DNA of 64,000 bases from an uncultured Rhodospirillaceae bacterium (GTDB lineage Bacteria; Pseudomonadota; Alphaproteobacteria; Rhodospirillales; UBA2165): contig CAZNLR010000019.1 of the NCBI GenBank assembly GCA_964574215.1, positions 7,655 through 71,654 on the forward strand, read 5' to 3'. Within the stretch, counting starts at the first letter, position 1. Every line of letters begins with the position of its first letter. The notes under the pieces are model-generated. The model was not told the origin of the DNA and did not search any database. It saw only the letters and a list, made by a program, of their open reading frames with translations. Made by a program: the position numbers and the translations under genes. This document shows positions 63,342-64,000 of this stretch, one piece after another.

Positions 63342-64000
63342 ATGCGGGTGTCGCGCGGTGTTGAATGGGGCGAAATGCAGGGCATGCAAAAAGTGGAAAC
63401 CGTCGAGCAGATGCCTGACGAGTACCGGGAAACCCTGTTAAAGATCATTTACGCCCTGGCCTCCACCGAGTTCGCCTCCGTCGAGCAACATCAGCCCTGG
63501 ATCAATCAGGGGCCCACCGCCGAAGACCGTTTCATTCAAGCTCAGATCGCCGCCGATGAGGCACACCAGGGATTTATCGATACAAGGCTGCTGCGGACAT
63601 TTGGCCCGGAAGCATCGGCGAAGGCGGATGAACTGTTGGAACTCCGCATCGGCGAACATCCCATCGACGCTTTCAACGTGCCGTTCGAAAGCTGGGTCGA
63701 TGTGGTGGGGTTCTGTTTCTGCATGGATTTGGTCGCCTGGTACCATCTGCACGCCATGCTCAATTGTTCCTACGCGCCCCTTGCCCGGGAAATGACCAGC
63801 ATGGTTCACGAGGAAAAGTTTCACGCGTCCTTCGGCGCCCGGCGCGCACGCGATTTGTCGTTGAAAGAGGAATACCAAAAAGTGGCCAAGGCCGGCCGGG
63901 AGGAAATCCAGGCAGCGGTGGACAAATGGTACCCTCATGCTCTGGACACGTTCGGCAAAACCGGCTCCAAGTTTGCTGACCTTTCGGTCGCCTATGGCAT
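63342..64000 (+). CDS. PaaA/BoxB-like ferritin-fold di-iron oxygenase subunit (phenylacetyl-CoA-epoxidase subunit A-like), 3' end outside the window
   Basis: Not in the ORF track because there is no stop before the window end. My translation: MRVSRGVEWGEMQGMQKVETVEQMPDEYRETLLKIIYALASTEFASVEQHQPWINQGPTAEDRFIQAQIAADEAHQG...MVHEEKFHA (E...EAH and EEKFH di-iron motifs). GAGGAG RBS before the ATG. Confidence 0.7.
   Translation, partial: MRVSRGVEWGEMQGMQKVETVEQMPDEYRETLLKIIYALASTEFASVEQHQPWINQGPTAEDRFIQAQIAADEAHQGFIDTRLLRTFGPEASAKADELLELRIGEHPIDAFNVPFESWVDVVGFCFCMDLVAWYHLHAMLNCSYAPLAREMTSMVHEEKFHASFGARRARDLSLKEEYQKVAKAGREEIQAAVDKWYPHALDTFGKTGSKFADLSVAYG

Noticed and set aside
1-64000. CRISPR arrays, rRNA genes, IS elements or transposases, integrases, prophage genes, toxin-antitoxin pairs, restriction-modification or other known defence systems
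   Set aside because: There are no regularly spaced direct repeats and no ORF with recognisable transposase, integrase, capsid, terminase, nuclease-helicase or reverse-transcriptase motifs. The only structured repeats are the palindromic elements and hairpins reported above.

Overview
This is a 64-kb chromosomal segment that looks alphaproteobacterial. The evidence is a GcrA cell-cycle regulator, a plant-type glutamate-cysteine ligase, and an lpxL-lpxK-waaA-DUF374-msbA arrangement; a marine Rhodospirillales-like host is only a guess. I call about 56 protein genes, one tRNA-Arg(CCG) and two gene remnants.

The housekeeping backbone is msrPQ, polA, purD, xseA, an M23 peptidase, the lipid A/Kdo cluster, pmbA, ubiD, ubiA, rsmE and gshA. 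Judged by eye, not computed, four lower-GC accessory blocks interrupt it:
- 11.9-21.8 kb, directly after the tRNA: sulfatase, GMC oxidoreductase, TRAP transporter, M24 hydrolase and an IclR regulator. This block also holds six copies of a 26-27 nt GTCCG...CGGAC palindromic element.
- 25.5-32.4 kb: a signalling block with a NIT-domain hybrid kinase, a tandem hemerythrin, MscS and a PAS kinase.
- 52.8-56.9 kb, wedged between ubiD and ubiA: GAF-HD-GYP, TetR, a truncated hydrolase fused to the tail of a deleted TRAP dctM, and an isochorismatase.
- 60.1-61.6 kb: a single TPR-methyltransferase gene.

I saw no CRISPR array, rRNA, transposase, integrase, phage gene or recognisable defence system, and I cannot point to one clear-cut new multi-gene system. 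The observations most worth follow-up are:
- an orphan 151-aa protein carrying only a FliG C-terminal (torque) domain;
- the unassigned sulfatase/GMC/TRAP/M24 catabolic module with its long-range operator-like inverted repeat;
- the Nudix(DUF4743)-YtoQ-EamA operon;
- the NIT-kinase/di-hemerythrin block;
- the palindromic repeat family;
- a perfect 28-bp inverted repeat lying over the msbA translation start;
- the hydrolase/dctM deletion junction.

All protein calls come from reading the translated ORFs by eye against remembered family motifs. No database search was possible.
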